Source of the DNA: Phycisphaerae bacterium
GTDB taxonomy: Bacteria > Planctomycetota > Phycisphaerae > UBA1845 > Fen-1342
Direction of reading: 5' to 3'
Assembly (NCBI GenBank): GCA_050115495.1
Contig: JASFQK010000020.1
Coordinates: 54,928-118,927, forward strand
DNA length: 64,000 nt
Positions 18,372 through 29,631 of this stretch are shown here, piece by piece. The notes under the pieces are model-generated. The model searched no databases. It was not told the origin of the DNA and saw only the letters and a program-made list of their open reading frames with translations. The number at the start of each line of letters is the position of its first letter. Position 1 is the stretch's first letter. The position numbers and the translations under genes are program-made.

Positions 18372-18925
18372 TTGCGTGCCGGGCTGCTGTTTCCGCACGC
18401 GGTCCATCCACAGCCCCGGCAGGTCCATGAGGGCCTTCAGGTTCTTCGCAGTCGTTAGAACCTCGGTTTTGAAGCGGCCTATCTGCTGGTCGAAGCCACC
18501 TGACGATCTCGGGCCCGACCTCCGACGAGGTACCGCATGGCCGGATCAGCGCTGAGCAGCTCGGCGTCGTTGGTGTCTTCGTACCCGGCCAGAAGGATGA
18601 AAATCGTCTGCCGCAGTAGCGCCCTCAACGTGTGCTACGTGTTCGTGCCCGTGCGCCAGTCGTGCAGGAGGCCTCTGGCGAGGGCGGTCAAACCGAGCGC
18701 ATCGTCCAGGTCGCGATACGGCAGCAACGCGGCGTCCAACGTCACCTGCGAGCTGCGAAATTCGAGCTTCAGGCTTGCGTCAGAACCGACACGCAATGCC
18801 TCGGTGTGTCTTTCACCCATTGGGTTCTCCGGCCATTCGGGCCTTGTTGCCGAAGCACCCGTGACTTGCAGATCTAACCGCATGTCTAGTACTCTACACT
18901 AATAGGCATCATCTGGGGAGTCCGG
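18372..18925 (-). pseudogene. IS1380-family transposase remnant with left end
   Basis: MGE...LKLEFRSSQVTLDAALLPYRDLDDALGLT...RTGTNT*HTLRALLRQ...LAGYEDTNDA...DPAMR, then a frameshift into GRFKTEVL...ALMDLPG. In-frame TAG at 18637-18635; truncated before the catalytic core; IR-like CCGGACTCCCCAGATGA near 18925-18909. Confidence 0.85.
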
Positions 18926-19080
18926 GATAAGGGGCCTGCGAGCGGCGTACAGCGCGGGTTGCGTTCACAGGTGGCCGGCTCGGGGTGAGGAACCAATGGC
19001 AACCGGGGCCGCCGACCGGTGCCGCGTGAGGGTCGCGGACACCGGAGGCGACCCCGGCGGATAGGCAACAATCTCAACGT

Positions 19081-20070
19081 CTACTTCGGCAGGTTCTCGC
19101 GCAGCATGCGGTAGCATTCGTACTGACGCGAGTTACAGTAGCGGAACGGCAGACCCGGCTCCACGCCGGCCCGTTCCTCTGTGTAGAACTCCATGTAGTA
19201 GCAATAGACGAGCTCAGCGTCCTTCTTCCCGCCGAAGGCGACCAGCATCTTTAGGCTGTACTGGGTCGGCTGCTCGGTGAGCGGGGCGCGCTTGCTGACC
19301 TCCCAGGCACTGCCGGCGACGGCGGCGGCTAGCGGAGTGTGCTCGTCGTCAAACTCCGGGGCGGTCCATTTCGGGTGGTTCTTGATGAACTCGATGGCGG
19401 CCTTGGCCAGCTCATCGGGTTTGTTCGGACCGGAGTAGTCCGCGTTGGGGCCGGGCCACTTCTTCTCCTTGAGCTGCTTCTTGAACTCGGGCAGCGTCTT
19501 GTCGACCGCCTCCTGGCAGGCCTTGATCTTGTCGTCGTAGCTGCCCTTCTCGTTCAGCTTCCTGGCCAGCTTCATGAAGCGCAGGGCGCGGTCGGCGCGG
19601 CGCATCATCACTTCGATGTTGTCCGAGCCGGTGTCCACCTGGTTCTGCCAGAGGTTGTACTGCTCGCGGGCGAACTTCTCGGCCCACTCGGCCACCCGCA
19701 GCTCGTGAGCGGGGATGTCGACGCCCTGCGCGCCGCTGAACGAGGAGACCAGGTCCCGGTTGCACCCCATGGGTTTCTCGATGCCGGTGAAGCTCTTCTC
19801 GACCTCCTCCCAGGTGGCGCCGTACTTCTTCTTGAACTCCTCGAAGAAGGGAACGAACTCCTTCTTCCACTCGTTCCACGCCGCCACGTACTTCTCGCCG
19901 TTCTTGGTAAAGCTGCTCTCCGACATGAACTCCCAACTGAACTTCTGCGAGATTTGGGCGAGCTTCTTCCAGTCCGCCGCCTTCTCCTGGTCAGTTGGCG
20001 CCTGCGCCCGTGCCGAGACCACCAGGGCGAGCAGGCTCGCCACAACAAACCATCTGCCTCCAGTCTTCAT
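19081..20070 (-). CDS. Secreted Lys/Glu-rich hypothetical protein
   Basis: Signal peptide (LLALVVSARA); strong GC3 codon bias; long GC hairpin downstream at about 18990-19057. Confidence 0.82.
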   Translation of the reverse strand: MKTGGRWFVVASLLALVVSARAQAPTDQEKAADWKKLAQISQKFSWEFMSESSFTKNGEKYVAAWNEWKKEFVPFFEEFKKKYGATWEEVEKSFTGIEKPMGCNRDLVSSFSGAQGVDIPAHELRVAEWAEKFAREQYNLWQNQVDTGSDNIEVMMRRADRALRFMKLARKLNEKGSYDDKIKACQEAVDKTLPEFKKQLKEKKWPGPNADYSGPNKPDELAKAAIEFIKNHPKWTAPEFDDEHTPLAAAVAGSAWEVSKRAPLTEQPTQYSLKMLVAFGGKKDAELVYCYYMEFYTEERAGVEPGLPFRYCNSRQYECYRMLRENLPK

Positions 20071-20761
20071 GATCGATCTCCCGACTCCTGCACGCCCAGA
20101 AGTCCCGCTCCCCACGGGCGGCCGCCAGGAACACCAAAAAGGAAACGTTCAATGGCAGCACAACGCCGCCATGCTCGCAACCGTACGACATGTTCGAACA
20201 GCGTCCGGCGACCGCGATCAGCAGCGCCAGACGGCCCGACTTGTGCCACAGCTTTAGCACATCGCCGGACGGACGGCAACCCTCGCGCCGGTGGTTATCG
20301 GCCGCTTCGTCCCCTACCCGGCGCCGGTCGGCCAGCCGACACCGTAATTCGTCCCGATGGGTGGAAATCACTGCGCACAAGATACTTAGCTGACCACTTC
20401 GTGATCGCGACCCCGTCCGGCGACCGCCCGCACCGAGGCCCAGGCAAGCGTCAAATCATTCTCTGGTCGCCGTGCACCGATGAAGACCAAGCCCAGAAGT
20501 CGCGAGACCAACGAAATCGTACCCGGCTCCACAGCCGAACGGTCCCTGACCGGCCGCGGCCGCGCCACGCGTGGCCCGAACCGCCGATCAGGTGCACCGC
20601 CCATGCCGTAGGCCGGGGCAGAGTTGAAGCAGCATGACCGCCGAAACAGATGCGCGCGTCCCTGGGGTGCCGGCCCGGCGGGCGGCGTCAACGCCCGCCG
20701 TAGCCGGTCACGGCCGGACCACTCGTGCGGCCGCGCCAGGGGACATCGGGGAGCTTTCCGC

Positions 20762-21418
20762 ATGAGCCGGCGTGTCTCCGTGCTGCTCGTCGACGATCAC
20801 GCGCTGGTGCGCGAGACGCTCGCGCGCGTGCTGGATGACACGCCCGACCTAGCCGTGGCGGCGCAGGTCGGCGAAGCCGAGGCGGCGGTGGATCGCGCCG
20901 TCACTCTGCGGCCGGATCTGGTGCTGATGGACATCGACATGCCGGGGCTGACCCCGTTTCAGGCGGCCCGCCTGATCCGGGCTCGCTGCCCCGAAACGCG
21001 CATCGTCTTCCTGAGCGCGTTCAGCCACGATCGCTACATCGAGCAGGCGCTATCCGTCGGGGCCAGCGGCTACCTGACAAAAGGACAGTCCGTAGCGGCC
21101 ATCGTGGCGGCCCTCCGCGCCGTAGCGGCCGGACGCCCCTGCTTCGCCGCGGATATCAAGGCCCGGCTGGTCGTGGACACCGACGGCGTTCGCCTGGCCC
21201 GCCCCGGATGCAGCCGCAGCGCCGAGCTGAGCAAGCGCGAGGTGGAGGTGCTGCGCTACCTCGCCGACGGTCTGTCCAAAAAGGAGATCGCGGCGATCAC
21301 GCACCTCAGCGAGCGAACGGTGAATCGCCACTGCACCAACGTAATGGACAAACTGGACATTCACGATCGGGTGAGGCTGGCTCGCTTCGCGGTGCGCGAA
21401 GGCTACGTGGAGGCCTGA
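20762..21418 (+). CDS. NarL/FixJ family response regulator (REC + LuxR HTH)
   Basis: LLVDDHALVRE, LMDIDMPG, GYLTK, LSKREVEVL...GLSKKEIA...SERTVNRH. Confidence 0.92.
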   Translation: MSRRVSVLLVDDHALVRETLARVLDDTPDLAVAAQVGEAEAAVDRAVTLRPDLVLMDIDMPGLTPFQAARLIRARCPETRIVFLSAFSHDRYIEQALSVGASGYLTKGQSVAAIVAALRAVAAGRPCFAADIKARLVVDTDGVRLARPGCSRSAELSKREVEVLRYLADGLSKKEIAAITHLSERTVNRHCTNVMDKLDIHDRVRLARFAVREGYVEA

Positions 21419-21631
21419 AGCACGGTGACGACGATTCGGCCGCGCGATGTCGGAATGCTCCGAGTCACGGCGGGTGCCAGAGGCGCGGGGTCTTGATACC
21501 GGCGCGACGCGAAATTGGAGCGTCCGCTCCATATGTCGCCCGTGCCGTGTGCCGACTTATCTGTACAGGTGAACACAAGAGTGGACCGGCGTGTCGTTCC
21601 ATGGCCGGCCCGACAACAAGGAGACAATGGC

Positions 21632-23581
21632 ATGCTCAAGAATACGAGCCTGTCGCTGAAGATGGCCTTCGGTTTCGGTATTCTCATCGTCATCACGGCC
21701 GTGCTCGGCGTGGTCAGTTGGCGCGGCCTGACAAGCGTGTCCAGCATCGTGGCCCTGGACAGCCGCAGTAACGAGTGCCTCAAGACGCTCAACTCCTGCG
21801 CGGCCCTGCGCCGGGACTTCGCTATCAGTGGCTTCGCCAAGAAGGACGGCCAGACGAAGGACGCCTCCGAGCAGTGGCGTGAGGCCCACGCCCAACTCGT
21901 CAACCAGCTCCAGACGTTCCAAGGCGCTGACGGCCTGGACCGGCAGAAGCAGGCAATGGTCGGTAGCGCGCTCACCGACGCGGCCAAGTACGAGAAGGTC
22001 TTCAACGACTTGGCGCAGGCTCGGCAGCTTCGGGACGAAGCCTTCGAGACCTGGAGCGAGGTCGGCTGGGACGTCACGCAGGACATCGGAGGTGTGCTGC
22101 AAAACGTGATTGAGCCGGCGCTGGCTGCGGCCCGCGAAGCCCAGCAGGTCGACGACATTGTTCGCTGGGCCGACGTGGCCGATCGCCTGAATCAGGACGT
22201 CGTGCAGCGTTTCCTGCTCCTGCGCGTCTGCGCCGTCTACCTGCTGGCCACCAACGCCGATGCGCAGTGGACGGCCTACCAGGAGCAGTTACAGAAGACG
22301 CAGGAGGGGCTGGCCACGTGGACGAACCAGGTCAAAGGTGACCAGCAGCTCGAAACCGTGGCCGCCACGCTGGCCAAGCATATGCAGCGTTATACCGAAG
22401 CCGGGGAGCAGTACCGCCGTGGCATCCTGGCGGACCGGACGGCTGCCGCCGAGATGGCCGTCGTGGCGGGCAGCATCGTCAAGAGCATGAACGACCTCAG
22501 TGCTGGCCTGCGGACTGACCGCGAGGCCGTGTCCACGCGCAGCAACACGCTGACGATCGCGGTCTCGCTGGCCGCCATCATCTTCGGCGTGATCCTCGCC
22601 TTTGCCATCACGCGCAGCATCGTGAAGCCGATCAACCGCATCATCGCCGGCCTCAACGAAGGCGCCGACCAGGTCGACGACGCCGCCTCGCAGGTCGCCG
22701 AGGCTTCGCAGCAGCTTGCCTCCGGCGCCAGTGAGCAGGCCGCCTCGATCGAGGAGACCTCGAGCGCACTGGAAGAGATGGCGGCCATGACCCGCACCAA
22801 CGCGGAGAACGCCAAGCAGGCCGACGGACTGACCGGCCAGGCCCGCGAAGCCGCGCAGAACGGCAACACGACGATGCAGGAGCTCAACGGCGCCATGGCC
22901 GGCATCAACGAGTCGTCCGGCCAAATCAGCAAGATCATCAAGGTCATCGAGGAGATCGCCTTCCAGACGAACCTGCTGGCGCTCAACGCCGCGGTCGAGG
23001 CAGCCCGGGCCGGCGAGCACGGCAAGGGCTTCGCCGTCGTGGCCGAGGAGGTCCGCAATCTGGCGCAGCGCGCCGCCGGCGCCGCCCGCGAGACGACCGC
23101 CCTCATCGAGGACTCGGTCGAAAAAGCCCGCCAGGGCACCGGTGTGGCCGGCGAAGTGGACAAGTCCCTCAGCGGCATCGTCACCGACGTAGCCCGTGTC
23201 GCCGAACTGGTGAACGGCATCACCCGCGCTTCGGAAGAGCAGGCCCAGGGCGTCGAGCAGGTGAACGTGGCGGTTGCCCAGATGGACAAGGTCACGCAAC
23301 AGAACGCCAGCGGTGCCGAGGAATGCGCCGCCGCCGCCGAGGAACTCTCGGCGCAGTCGCGGACCGTAAAGAGCATGGTGGATGAGCTGGCTGGCGTCAT
23401 CCGCGGCGCCCAGAAGAGCCTCGAGCAGAACACCGAGGCCGGCAAGAAGCCGCGCCGGCGCCTCCAGGCGAACGTCGCCCACATGCGTAAGCCGGCGCCG
23501 CCGGCGGCGAAGCAGCCGACGGAACACACGCCGGACGAGAGCTTCGCTCCGGCGGAGCCGGAAGGTCTCCAGGACTTCTAA
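21632..23581 (+). CDS. Methyl-accepting chemotaxis protein
   Basis: Two TMs, a large helical periplasmic sensor, and [45 protein letters not shown]. Confidence 0.95.
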   Translation: MLKNTSLSLKMAFGFGILIVITAVLGVVSWRGLTSVSSIVALDSRSNECLKTLNSCAALRRDFAISGFAKKDGQTKDASEQWREAHAQLVNQLQTFQGADGLDRQKQAMVGSALTDAAKYEKVFNDLAQARQLRDEAFETWSEVGWDVTQDIGGVLQNVIEPALAAAREAQQVDDIVRWADVADRLNQDVVQRFLLLRVCAVYLLATNADAQWTAYQEQLQKTQEGLATWTNQVKGDQQLETVAATLAKHMQRYTEAGEQYRRGILADRTAAAEMAVVAGSIVKSMNDLSAGLRTDREAVSTRSNTLTIAVSLAAIIFGVILAFAITRSIVKPINRIIAGLNEGADQVDDAASQVAEASQQLASGASEQAASIEETSSALEEMAAMTRTNAENAKQADGLTGQAREAAQNGNTTMQELNGAMAGINESSGQISKIIKVIEEIAFQTNLLALNAAVEAARAGEHGKGFAVVAEEVRNLAQRAAGAARETTALIEDSVEKARQGTGVAGEVDKSLSGIVTDVARVAELVNGITRASEEQAQGVEQVNVAVAQMDKVTQQNASGAEECAAAAEELSAQSRTVKSMVDELAGVIRGAQKSLEQNTEAGKKPRRRLQANVAHMRKPAPPAAKQPTEHTPDESFAPAEPEGLQDF

Positions 23582-23692
23582 CGCCTGTGCCCTGCGCCGG
23601 GCACGCTGGTGGACACCGGACCGGCTTGACCGGTGTGACCAGCGGTCCATGACGCCGCCAGGCTCCGCGGGGGATAGGCTGGAAGCGCGCGG

Positions 23693-23730
23693 GCGGGTCC
23701 CCGATGGCTCAGGGGACCCGCTCCTTTTCT
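23693..23730 (+). terminator. Rho-independent terminator between convergent mcp and dnaE
   Basis: GCGGGTCCCC (23693-23702) / GGGGACCCGC (23712-23721), followed by TCCTTTTCT. Confidence 0.65.
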
Positions 23731-23746
23731 ATGGCGGTCGAATCGC

Positions 23747-26700
23747 TCAGGGAGCTGTTGCCGCCTGCGGGCCACGGCAGCGGATACGCTCGGGGCCGAC
23801 CAGCGCTCCCAGACGCTTCAGGAAGTCGTCGCTGACGTCCACGCCCGCGTTCGATCCCGCCCGGAGCAGTACCTGCTCGCCGCTCGGCAGGCTGACGTCG
23901 AAGTACACGGCGCAGCGGCCCCGGTGACCCACGCAGATTTCGCGGATGCCGGGCAGCACCTCGAGCATCGCCGGCGCGCTGGACAGACGGACGAAGAGCT
24001 GCTCGGCGAGTTTCTGACGGGCCTGCTCGATGGGGATGATATCCGCCACGCGCAGTGACGGATTCTCTCGCCGCGTGTCCAACTCCCCCTGCACGAACAC
24101 GAGCGCGTCCGGCTTCAGCAGCGGCCGCAGCCGTTCCGGCGCGTCGGGAAAAACCAGGGCCTCAACCGAGCCGGCGAAGTCCTCCAGCGTCAGCACCAGC
24201 ATCTTCTTGCCCGCACTGCGCCCCTGGCGGATGGCCACCGGCCGCACGTGCGTGATCAGGGCGCCGAGCGTCACCATCATCCCGCGCTGCGGGCGGCGCC
24301 GGCCCTCCGTCGAACCGCGCCCCTGCCGGGCGGCAAGCAGATCCAGTCCCGCCGTGTCGGTCGTGCTCAGCTCGCGCACCAGGTCGCGGTACTGCGCCAG
24401 GGGATGATGCGTGATGTACAGCCCGAGCGCGGCCTTCTCGTGGGCCAGCATCTCCGCATCGGTCCACTCCGCCGTTCCCAGCGGCGGACGCGGCGGAGCA
24501 GCGTCGCCGAGTTCGCCGAAGATGCTGAGCTGTCCGGCGCGGCGGTCGCGCTGGCAGGCCTGCCCGAGCTCGATGGCCTTCTCGCGCACGTCCATCAGGG
24601 CGCGGCGCATGGCGCCCGTGCCGTCGAAGGCCCCGGCCTTGATCAGGGCCTCCAGCGCTGACTTGTTCACCGCCGTCAGGTCCACTCGCTCACAGAAATC
24701 GAACACGTCGCCGAACGGGCCGCCCTCGCGGCGAGCATCGAGAATGGCCTGCACCGCCTTGTGCCCCACGCCGCTGATCGCCGCCAGCCCGAAGCGAATC
24801 TCGCCCCGCCCGCGCGCCGCGGCGTCTTGTTTGTCCGCAGCCGGCGGATACACCACCGTGAAGGCCTCGTCGCTCTCGTTGACGTCCGGCGGCTTGACCG
24901 GGATGCCCACGCTGTCGTCGCGCTGCCGCAGCCGGCGGCACTCGTCGATGTACGCGGCGATCTTCTCGGCGTTGCCGCTTTCATACGTGAGCAGTGCCGC
25001 CATGCATTCGGCCGGGTAATAGCGCTTCAGGTACGCCGTCTGGAAGGCCACCACCGCGTAGGCCGTCGAGTGCGCCTTGTTAAACGCGTAGCCGCCAAAC
25101 TTCAGGATGTCGTCGAAGATCTGCTCGGCCACCTCGCGACGCACGCCGCTGCTGACCGACCCATCGAGGAAGGGGCCGCGCTCGGCGTCGATCATGGCCG
25201 TCTTCTTCTTGGAGATCGCCTTGGCCAGGCGGAAGGCCCGGCGCAGCGGCACGCCGCCGAGGCGGTTGACCATGCGCGAGACCTGCTCCTGGTAAACCAT
25301 GATGCCGTGCGTCTCGCGGAGCACCTCGGTCATCGTCTCATGTGGCGTGGTCCACGAGCGGCCGTGCTTGCGGGCGACGTACTCGTCGATGTACTCCATC
25401 GGGCCGGGGCGGAAGAGGGCGTTCGCGGCGATGAGGTCCTCGATGCGGTTCGGCTTCATCTTCATGAGCACGTCGCGCATCCCACCCGACTCGAACTGGA
25501 AGATGCCGCGCGTCTCGCCGCGAGCGAGCAGCTCGTAGACGGCCTGGTCGGTTAGGTCCAGCTTCTCGAGGTCGATGGTGACGCCGTGGTGCTGCTCGAC
25601 GAGCCGGCAGGCCCGGCGAATCTGGGCTAGCGTGCGCAGGCCGAGCAGGTCCAGCTTCAGCAGGCCGACCTTCTCGACCGTCGGTCCCTCGAACTGCGTC
25701 GTCACGTCGTCGGCGTCAGCGGGCTTGTGCAGCGGTACGAGTTCGTCGAGCGGCTGGTCGGCGATGACCACGCCGGCCGCATGCACGGAAGCGTGCCGGG
25801 CCAGCCCCTCCAATCGCCGGGCCAAGTCGAGCACCTCGTGAATCGTCTCGTCGCGGTCGTAGAGCTCGCGCAACTCGGTCTCGCGCTCAAGCGCCTTGTC
25901 GATGGTCATCTTGAGCTCTTCGGGGACGAGGCGGACGATGCTGTTGACCTGCTCGAGCGGCACCTCCAGGGCCCGTCCGACGTCGCGAATCGCCGCCCGC
26001 GGCATCAGGCGCCCGAAGGTGATGATCTGCGCCACGTGGCCGTACTTGCGACGGACGTATTCGATCAACTCCTGACGGCGGTCCTGGGCGATGTCCATGT
26101 CGATGTCGGGCATCTCGTCGCGTTCGGGGTCCATGAAGCGCTCGAAGTACAGCCCGTAGCGCAGCGGATCGACCGTGCTGATACCCAGGCAGTAGCCGAC
26201 GACCGTGCTGCATCCGCTGCCGCGGGCCACGGTCAGAATGTCGTGCTCGTGGGCGTAGCGGGTGAGATCCCAGACGATCAGGAAGTAGCCGCTGAAGCCC
26301 TTGCTGCTGATCACGCCCAGCTCATAGTCGATGCGCTCGCGCAGCTCGTCCGTGACCTCGCCGTACCGCCGCGGGACACCCGCATAGACCAGTTCACGCA
26401 GGTAGTCGTCGGCGGTCTTCTCGTCCGGCGGCGTGAACTTCGGCGCGAAGCGGCGGGAGAAGTCGAACTCGATGTTGCACTGCTCGGCGACGCTCACCGT
26501 GTTGTCGAGGGCCTCGGCGTAGTCGGGCAGCGCGGCGGCCATCTCATCGTAGGACTTGAGATAGAACTGGTCGGACTCGAAGCGGAACCGCTTCTCGTCG
26601 TTGATGCGCGACCGGGTCGAGATGCAGCAAAGCACATCGTGGGCTCGCACGTCGTCGCGCCCGAGATAATGGACATCATTGGTCGCAATCGTGCGCAGGC

Positions 26701-27316
26701 CGAGCTGCCGGGCGAGATCCGCCAGCTCCTGGTTGACCTGCTTCTGCTCGGGCAGGCCATGGTCCTGAAACTCGATGAGGAAGCGCTCGGGGCCAAAGAT
26801 GCTGGCGTATTCCTCGGCGATGGCGCGCGCTGACGTCCGGTCGCCGCGAAGGAGCGCCTGCGGGATCTCGGCGCCGAGGCAGCCGCTGGCGCAGATAAGG
26901 CCGTCGGCGTGCTCGCGGAGGATGGCGCGGTCGATGCGCGGCTTGTAGTAGAACCCTTCGAGGTAGCCGATGCTGGAGAGCTTGACGAGGTTCTGATAAC
27001 CGCGGAGGTTCATGGCCAGGAGCAGGAGGTGGAAGGCGGCCTCGCGCAGGCCACCGGCCTCCTTGTCCCGTCGATCGCCGGGGGCGAGGTACATCTCACA
27101 GCCGATAATCGGCTTCACGCCGGCCTTGACGGCGTTGCTGTAAAACTCGATGGCGCCGAAGAGATTGCCGTGGTCGGTGAGGGCGACGGCGGGCATGCCC
27201 ATGCGGGCGGCGGCGGCGGCGAGATCCTTCGTGCGGCACGCCCCGTCGAGCAGCGAAAACTCCGAGTGCACATGCAGATGGACGAATGGCCGACTTGCTG
27301 TGTCGTCTTTGCTCAT
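23747..27316 (-). CDS. dnaE: DNA polymerase III alpha subunit
   Basis: PHP HLHVHSEFSLLDG, ARGSG, MPDIDMD, LLKLDLLGL, GYAFNKAHS; 1189 aa. Confidence 0.98.
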   Translation of the reverse strand: MSKDDTASRPFVHLHVHSEFSLLDGACRTKDLAAAAARMGMPAVALTDHGNLFGAIEFYSNAVKAGVKPIIGCEMYLAPGDRRDKEAGGLREAAFHLLLLAMNLRGYQNLVKLSSIGYLEGFYYKPRIDRAILREHADGLICASGCLGAEIPQALLRGDRTSARAIAEEYASIFGPERFLIEFQDHGLPEQKQVNQELADLARQLGLRTIATNDVHYLGRDDVRAHDVLCCISTRSRINDEKRFRFESDQFYLKSYDEMAAALPDYAEALDNTVSVAEQCNIEFDFSRRFAPKFTPPDEKTADDYLRELVYAGVPRRYGEVTDELRERIDYELGVISSKGFSGYFLIVWDLTRYAHEHDILTVARGSGCSTVVGYCLGISTVDPLRYGLYFERFMDPERDEMPDIDMDIAQDRRQELIEYVRRKYGHVAQIITFGRLMPRAAIRDVGRALEVPLEQVNSIVRLVPEELKMTIDKALERETELRELYDRDETIHEVLDLARRLEGLARHASVHAAGVVIADQPLDELVPLHKPADADDVTTQFEGPTVEKVGLLKLDLLGLRTLAQIRRACRLVEQHHGVTIDLEKLDLTDQAVYELLARGETRGIFQFESGGMRDVLMKMKPNRIEDLIAANALFRPGPMEYIDEYVARKHGRSWTTPHETMTEVLRETHGIMVYQEQVSRMVNRLGGVPLRRAFRLAKAISKKKTAMIDAERGPFLDGSVSSGVRREVAEQIFDDILKFGGYAFNKAHSTAYAVVAFQTAYLKRYYPAECMAALLTYESGNAEKIAAYIDECRRLRQRDDSVGIPVKPPDVNESDEAFTVVYPPAADKQDAAARGRGEIRFGLAAISGVGHKAVQAILDARREGGPFGDVFDFCERVDLTAVNKSALEALIKAGAFDGTGAMRRALMDVREKAIELGQACQRDRRAGQLSIFGELGDAAPPRPPLGTAEWTDAEMLAHEKAALGLYITHHPLAQYRDLVRELSTTDTAGLDLLAARQGRGSTEGRRRPQRGMMVTLGALITHVRPVAIRQGRSAGKKMLVLTLEDFAGSVEALVFPDAPERLRPLLKPDALVFVQGELDTRRENPSLRVADIIPIEQARQKLAEQLFVRLSSAPAMLEVLPGIREICVGHRGRCAVYFDVSLPSGEQVLLRAGSNAGVDVSDDFLKRLGALVGPERIRCRGPQAATAP

Positions 27317-27702
27317 CCGTTCGCGCCTCCTTACCCGCAGCGCGTGGCCCGCGCCGGCCGGATCGTACGGCGCAACGGCGCGGCGGGCAAACGCGCGTTG
27401 TGGTTCGTGAAGCGCTGTATGCCGGCCTTCTGCGACGCATCGGATAAGGAGTGTCGCCTAGGGCGTTTTCCCTACTCACGCCGCCGCGCAAAGGCGTCGA
27501 TACACCTTCACGGCAGGCGCGAGGGGCATGCGAACCGCTGCCATCCACCCTGCCACCTGTCCAGACCGATGGAGCCGTCGCGTGAGGGGGCGGAGGCGCG
27601 CCGGGCCTCGTGATTTGATGGTCGTCGACGCGCAGTAGCGCGGCGGCGTCGCGCTCGGACCGGATGCGGGGGATCGGGCCAGAGCCTCTGGGAGTGCATG
27701 TC

Positions 27703-29631
27703 ATGCTCAAACGACTTACGGTTGGAGCGAGAATCGCGCTTGGTTTCGCCACGGTGCTGGCGCTGCTGGTGGTCATGGGCGGCATGTCCATGCTGACGGT
27801 GCGTTCGCTGGCCACCAGCGCGGAAGAGGCCCGCGAGGGCAACGAGCTGGACACGCAACTGGCCGACGTCGAGGTCGCGCACCTCGAGTGGGCCGGCAAG
27901 GTCAACGCCCTGCTCAGCGATCCTTCGGTGACGGAACTCGCCGTGCAGACCGACGATCACAAGTGCTCGCTGGGCCAATGGCTCTACGGTGAGGAGCGCC
28001 AGAAGGCCGAACAGGCCGTACCGGAGATCGCCCCCCTGTTGAAGGAAATCGAGGGTCATCACGCCGCGCTGCACCACACGGCCATCGAAATCAAGGATGC
28101 GTTTCAGCCGGCCGACCCGACACTCGCCACGACGCTGGCGCTGCGGGAGATCGACCACTTGGCCTGGGCGGACAAGATCAGGGATCTGCTGCTCGGCAAC
28201 GCGGCCCAGCTCGACGTGCAAACCGACCCAGCCAAGTGCGGCTTCGGAAAGTGGCTCAGCAGCGATGAGGCCCGCCGGGTGAGCGCGGCCAATCCGGAGC
28301 TGGCCAAGCTCCTGGCGGCCATCGCCACGCCGCACGAGCAGTTGCATCGCTCCGCCGAGAAGATCGCCGCCGCCTGGAACGCGGACGATGCGCAGGCGAA
28401 ATCGGCGGCGCAGACGGTCTTCAACGAGCAGACGCTGCCGGCGCTGGCCGAAGTGCGGGGGAAGCTGGACGAATGCCGGCAGTGCGTGAACCAGTCCCTG
28501 GCCGGGGCTGCGGAGGCCACGGACGTCTTCTACAAGCAGACCAAACCGGCCCTGGCCAGCGTGCAGAGTCTGCTGCATGACGTACGCGAGCGTGTACGGA
28601 AGCACGTGGACGAGACCAGGCTGGCCATGCAGACGTCACAGCAGCGGGCGCAAATGGGCACGGCCGGTCTGGCCCTGGCGGCCATCGTCATCGGCGGCAT
28701 ACTCGCCTTCTTCATCTCCCGTGGCATTGTGAAGACGCTACGGCGTGTGATCGTGAACCTGGACGCGGGAGCCAACCAGGTCAGCGAGGCGTCCAGCCAG
28801 GTATCCTCCGCCGCCCAGCAACTTGCCGAAGGGGCGAGCGAACAGGCCTCGTCGCTGGAAGAGACCAGTGCGGCCCTCGAGCAAATGACCGCCATGACCC
28901 GCACCAACGCCGAGAACGCCAAGCAGGCCACGCATTTCACCGGCGAGGCCCGGGAGGCTGTGCAGACCGGCGGCCAGACGACCGCGCAGCTCAACGAGGC
29001 GATGTCCGCCATCAACGAGTCCGCCACCCAGGTCAGCAAGATCGTCAAGGCCATCGAGGAGATCGCCTTCCAGACGAACCTGCTCGCCCTCAACGCCGCG
29101 GTTGAGGCCGCTCGCGCCGGCGAGCAGGGCAAGGGCTTCGCCGTCGTCGCCGAGGAAGTGCGGAACCTGGCAATGCGGTCGGCGGAGGCCGCTCGCGAAA
29201 CGACCACGCTGATCGAAGGATCGGTCCAGCGGGCGCGGCAGGGAACGACAGTGGCCGGCGAAGTGACCAACGTGCTGACGGCCATCACCGGCTCGGTCGC
29301 CCGAATCGCCGAGCTCATCGACGGCATCGCCAGCGCGTCAGATGAACAGGCCCAGGGTGTCGAGCAGATCAGCACCGCCGTGTCCCAGATGGACCGCGTC
29401 ACGCAGAACAACGCTGCCGGCGCTGAGGAATCAGCCTCCGCGTCCGAGGAGTTGAACGCTCAGGCAACCTCGCTGAGGAACATGGTGAACGCACTCGTGG
29501 CGCTCGTCGGCGGAGCGACTCACGAAACCGGCGGCGCACCACAGAACAGGCGGCCGGCAGCACGCGCTGCCGCGTCCGAGCAGTCGGTGGCGGCCGAGCA
29601 ACAGGAAAGTGCCGAGTTCAGTGAGTTCTAG
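27703..29631 (+). CDS. Methyl-accepting chemotaxis protein with two CZB-like domains between TM1 and TM2
   Basis: HLEW...[10 protein letters not shown]...HAALH and HLAW...AKCGFGKWL...HEQLH; MCP signalling motif. Confidence 0.92.
   Translation: MLKRLTVGARIALGFATVLALLVVMGGMSMLTVRSLATSAEEAREGNELDTQLADVEVAHLEWAGKVNALLSDPSVTELAVQTDDHKCSLGQWLYGEERQKAEQAVPEIAPLLKEIEGHHAALHHTAIEIKDAFQPADPTLATTLALREIDHLAWADKIRDLLLGNAAQLDVQTDPAKCGFGKWLSSDEARRVSAANPELAKLLAAIATPHEQLHRSAEKIAAAWNADDAQAKSAAQTVFNEQTLPALAEVRGKLDECRQCVNQSLAGAAEATDVFYKQTKPALASVQSLLHDVRERVRKHVDETRLAMQTSQQRAQMGTAGLALAAIVIGGILAFFISRGIVKTLRRVIVNLDAGANQVSEASSQVSSAAQQLAEGASEQASSLEETSAALEQMTAMTRTNAENAKQATHFTGEAREAVQTGGQTTAQLNEAMSAINESATQVSKIVKAIEEIAFQTNLLALNAAVEAARAGEQGKGFAVVAEEVRNLAMRSAEAARETTTLIEGSVQRARQGTTVAGEVTNVLTAITGSVARIAELIDGIASASDEQAQGVEQISTAVSQMDRVTQNNAAGAEESASASEELNAQATSLRNMVNALVALVGGATHETGGAPQNRRPAARAAASEQSVAAEQQESAEFSEF

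Noticed and set aside
20234..20248. sigma54 promoter (TGGCAC on the minus strand)
   Set aside because: The -12 element reads GGGC instead of TTGC.
23747..27316. Intein or split in dnaE
   Set aside because: Normal length, contiguous motifs, and no intein N- or C-terminal signatures seen.
27380..27450. c-di-GMP-I riboswitch upstream of the chemoreceptor (GGCAAAC at 27386)
   Set aside because: No GAAA-tetraloop stem or GACGCAAA element follows.
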